The notes beneath the pieces were generated by a model that searched no databases, was not told the origin of the DNA, and was given only the letters and a program-made list of their open reading frames with translations. Position numbers and translations under genes: made by a program. DNA of 64,000 nt, from assembly GCA_965140705.1 (NCBI GenBank), contig OZ223300.1, forward strand, positions 1,920,001-1,984,000, in the 5' to 3' direction. The DNA is from an uncultured Arcobacter sp. Its GTDB lineage: Bacteria; Campylobacterota; Campylobacteria; Campylobacterales; Arcobacteraceae. How positions within the stretch are numbered: the stretch's first letter is position 1; each line of letters begins with the position of its first letter. Positions 61,605 through 64,000 of the stretch are shown here, piece by piece.

Positions 61605-64000
61605 TCAACTTTCTTTCTTTTTATCATTATCATCATTGTTATTATTATCTAAATTAAACTGTTGTTTACTTCCAAAGGGAAGATTTATTCCACCATTTAA
61701 TACTTGCATCACAATTCCTGGGATGAGTGCAAGTTCATTGGTATTGAGTTGTTGTAAGATTGTTTTTATATCTATTCCACTTTTTAGTAATGCTTCGATA
61801 TCTTTATTTGTTAGTATTGTTTTATTTCTAATTGAACTAATAATTGAACTTAATTGTGATGCTGTATTTGTTTTAGTAACAGGAATATTTCCAATTTGAA
61901 CACTATTATTAGCTGAATATGCTAAAAGAGATGGAAGTTCATAGTTACTAGCAACTCCACCATTTGTTCCATCTTGTAGAGTTATTTCTTTTATAAAGTT
62001 ATTGGCTATTTGATTGCTTGAATTAGCTTTTGCTCCTGTATAGTCTAATGTCTCAGCTCCTACAAGATTTCCAAAGTTTACAAAGCCTGTAAGGTCATCT
62101 GTTCCATCATAATCTTTTTTTGCTTCTAAGGTTAGTGCTCTTTTATTGATAACTAAACTACCATTTTGAAAAGTTAAATTGTAGTTTTCATCTGTACCAC
62201 TTAGGTTTGTATTATAAGTCCCTGCATTTTTACCACTTGCACTATCTCCTGTAACTCCATCAAGTACAGCAACAGTTTCTCCACTTACTAATCCACTTGC
62301 AGTAAAGCCACTACTGTTTTGTACAGTTCCATCATAAGTGCTAGTATTTGAATTTGCAGTGACTGTGATATCTTTTTTATTTGTAGTTAAAGTACCTGTA
62401 TCATAGTTTATGATATACCCTTGTTGAGAAGAGTACAGCCCATCTACATTTATTGTAGCAGTTCCTGCATTTTTTAAATCACCACTTGAAGTATAAGCTA
62501 GAGTACCATTTACTAAAGAGCTATCATAAGTAGGAATAGAGTAAGTTACTCCTGTGCTTCCTCCATTATATACTGTACCATCATAAGTTCTTGTAACATC
62601 ATTTGCTTTTACAGTAAGTTCAGTCATAAAAGTTCTTAAAAGAGGTCTTGTATGACCTTCATAGATTATCCAATCATTGGTAAAATCAAAGCCTGCATAA
62701 GTTGCTTCATCAAAAGCATTTACAGTATTTGTTGAACTGTAGATTCCTGTAGTACCTGTGGTAGCTCCATATCCAACTCCATTTGTTTGTCCTGTGGTAT
62801 CTATATCCCAGTATGAGTTTGTAATAATGGTGGATGTGCTTATTTTCAATCCAACTACTCCTCCTACTCTTGAAACACCTGTCATAGCTCCACTTGTATA
62901 AGAGTTACTTATCGTTCCCTCTCCAGAATCATAACCAACTAAACCACCCACTCTTTCGTTTCCTACAATATTTCCTGAAGAGTAGGAGTTATTTATGTGT
63001 GTTCTGTAAGCATTACCAACTAAACCACCAACACTATTATTTCCACTAACATCTCCAGATGCATATGAGTTACTTATATATAGCTCACTAAAACCAAAAC
63101 TATCTATTTCCCCTACTAAACCACCTATATTATCTCCGCTACCAAATACAGTTGCTGTGGAGTAAGAATTACTTATAGTCAAAACACCTTCTGTAAAAGA
63201 CCCCAATAATCCACCAACATTATAATTTCCACTTACCTTTCCTGTAACATATGAGTCTGTGATGGTTGAAGAATAATTGTATCCAACTACTCCACCAACA
63301 TTATTGCTTCCAGTAATATCCACATTGGTAAGACCAACATTTGAGATATTTGCACCATTGGTATAACCAAATAACCCTACATACTTTTCACTAGGTCTAT
63401 TGATATACAAACCATCTATAACATAACCTTTACCATCAAAGATTCCTGTAAATCTTGTATCTATATTATCCGTAGAGCTATCTCCTATTTGTTTAAATCC
63501 TTTACCACTATTCCAAGTTCTCGTATCACTAGCATCTATGTTTGAACCTAATTCATAATTCCCACCTAGTGCTGTATTTATCCATTGGAGTTGATTGATA
63601 TTATTTATGATTACTTTTCCATTGGCATTAAATATCACTTTAGAATTTGTGTCTGCTGCATTAAAGTAAACTCCACCATTAGTGTTGTTAGTATTTTCAA
63701 TAATAGCATTTACATATATCTCATCTGCTGCATTTAAAGTAAGTTTACTTTGGCTAGACCAAGTGATATCACTATTTACATAAATATCACCATCTGTTGT
63801 ATCTCCATCTGTACTTGTTTCATGAGATGAAGTATCTACTGTAGAAGAAGATGTCTCTGTTTCAATTGTAACATCACCACTTGCAAGTTGAGTCATAATA
63901 GCACTTGCTAAACTTGCATCTATAGTTACATCTACAGGATCAATAAGCCATTCTCCTGCTTCTATTTTTGCATCATTAAAACTAAAGTGTTTTCCTGAAG
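61605..64000 (-). CDS. Second TpsA paralogue (5' end beyond window)
   Basis: Frame stays open to the window edge (GEWLIDPV); GLUG repeats; C-terminal part near-identical to 52825-55932. Confidence 0.9.
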   Translation of the reverse strand, partial: SGKHFSFNDAKIEAGEWLIDPVDVTIDASLASAIMTQLASGDVTIETETSSSTVDTSSHETSTDGDTTDGDIYVNSDITWSSQSKLTLNAADEIYVNAIIENTNNTNGGVYFNAADTNSKVIFNANGKVIINNINQLQWINTALGGNYELGSNIDASDTRTWNSGKGFKQIGDSSTDNIDTRFTGIFDGKGYVIDGLYINRPSEKYVGLFGYTNGANISNVGLTNVDITGSNNVGGVVGYNYSSTITDSYVTGKVSGNYNVGGLLGSFTEGVLTISNSYSTATVFGSGDNIGGLVGEIDSFGFSELYISNSYASGDVSGNNSVGGLVGNAYRTHINNSYSSGNIVGNERVGGLVGYDSGEGTISNSYTSGAMTGVSRVGGVVGLKISTSTIITNSYWDIDTTGQTNGVGYGATTGTTGIYSSTNTVNAFDEATYAGFDFTNDWIIYEGHTRPLLRTFMTELTVKANDVTRTYDGTVYNGGSTGVTYSIPTYDSSLVNGTLAYTSSGDLKNAGTATINVDGLYSSQQGYIINYDTGTLTTNKKDITVTANSNTSTYDGTVQNSSGFTASGLVSGETVAVLDGVTGDSASGKNAGTYNTNLSGTDENYNLTFQNGSLVINKRALTLEAKKDYDGTDDLTGFVNFGNLVGAETLDYTGAKANSSNQIANNFIKEITLQDGTNGGVASNYELPSLLAYSANNSVQIGNIPVTKTNTASQLSSIISSIRNKTILTNKDIEALLKSGIDIKTILQQLNTNELALIPGIVMQVLNGGINLPFGSKQQFNLDNNNNDDNDKKKES

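Noticed and set aside
814..61899. Numerous 60-130 aa antisense or overlapping ORFs in the track (e.g. 5492-5890, 36075-36467, 54116-54403)
   Set aside because: Shadow frames of well-supported genes, with no RBS or recognisable motifs
52863..62820. Diversity-generating retroelement (TR/VR pair)
   Set aside because: The repeat exceeds 1 kb, both copies are coding, differences are not adenine-specific, and no reverse transcriptase is in the window

Overview
AT-rich chromosomal window whose gene content and promoter/RBS style point to Campylobacterota, most likely Arcobacteraceae (inference; no search was run). Left part (1-25 kb): oxidative-stress genes (ferritin-like protein, trxA, ahpC), a ttrBCA-type molybdoenzyme operon with its own two-component system, cspA, a PnuC+kinase operon and assorted transport/sulfur genes. 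Directly downstream of guaA (about 25.4-35.6 kb) is an accessory region that the ORF track does not explain. It is a decayed integron locus with three attI-like sites, two collapsed intI remnants, three gene cassettes (one intact, one mutated and one truncated attC), a degenerate RAYT/Y1 transposase remnant, and GGGGACAG/CTGTCCCC inverted-repeat elements at the module junctions. 35.5-51 kb is mostly core genes (guaA, nhaD, nadB, aspC, CDF, CHASE2 cyclase, uup, YqeY, GGDEF), interrupted by a ~570-bp non-coding pair of inverted, covarying hairpin elements. The right end (51-64 kb) is a type V secretion locus: tpsB, two mosaic tpsA paralogues and an autotransporter, with an alpha/beta-hydrolase lipoprotein, cysC and a TIGR03032/DUF4915-TPR gene embedded. 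It is a candidate protein sulfation/modification system. No rRNA, tRNA or CRISPR array was seen.
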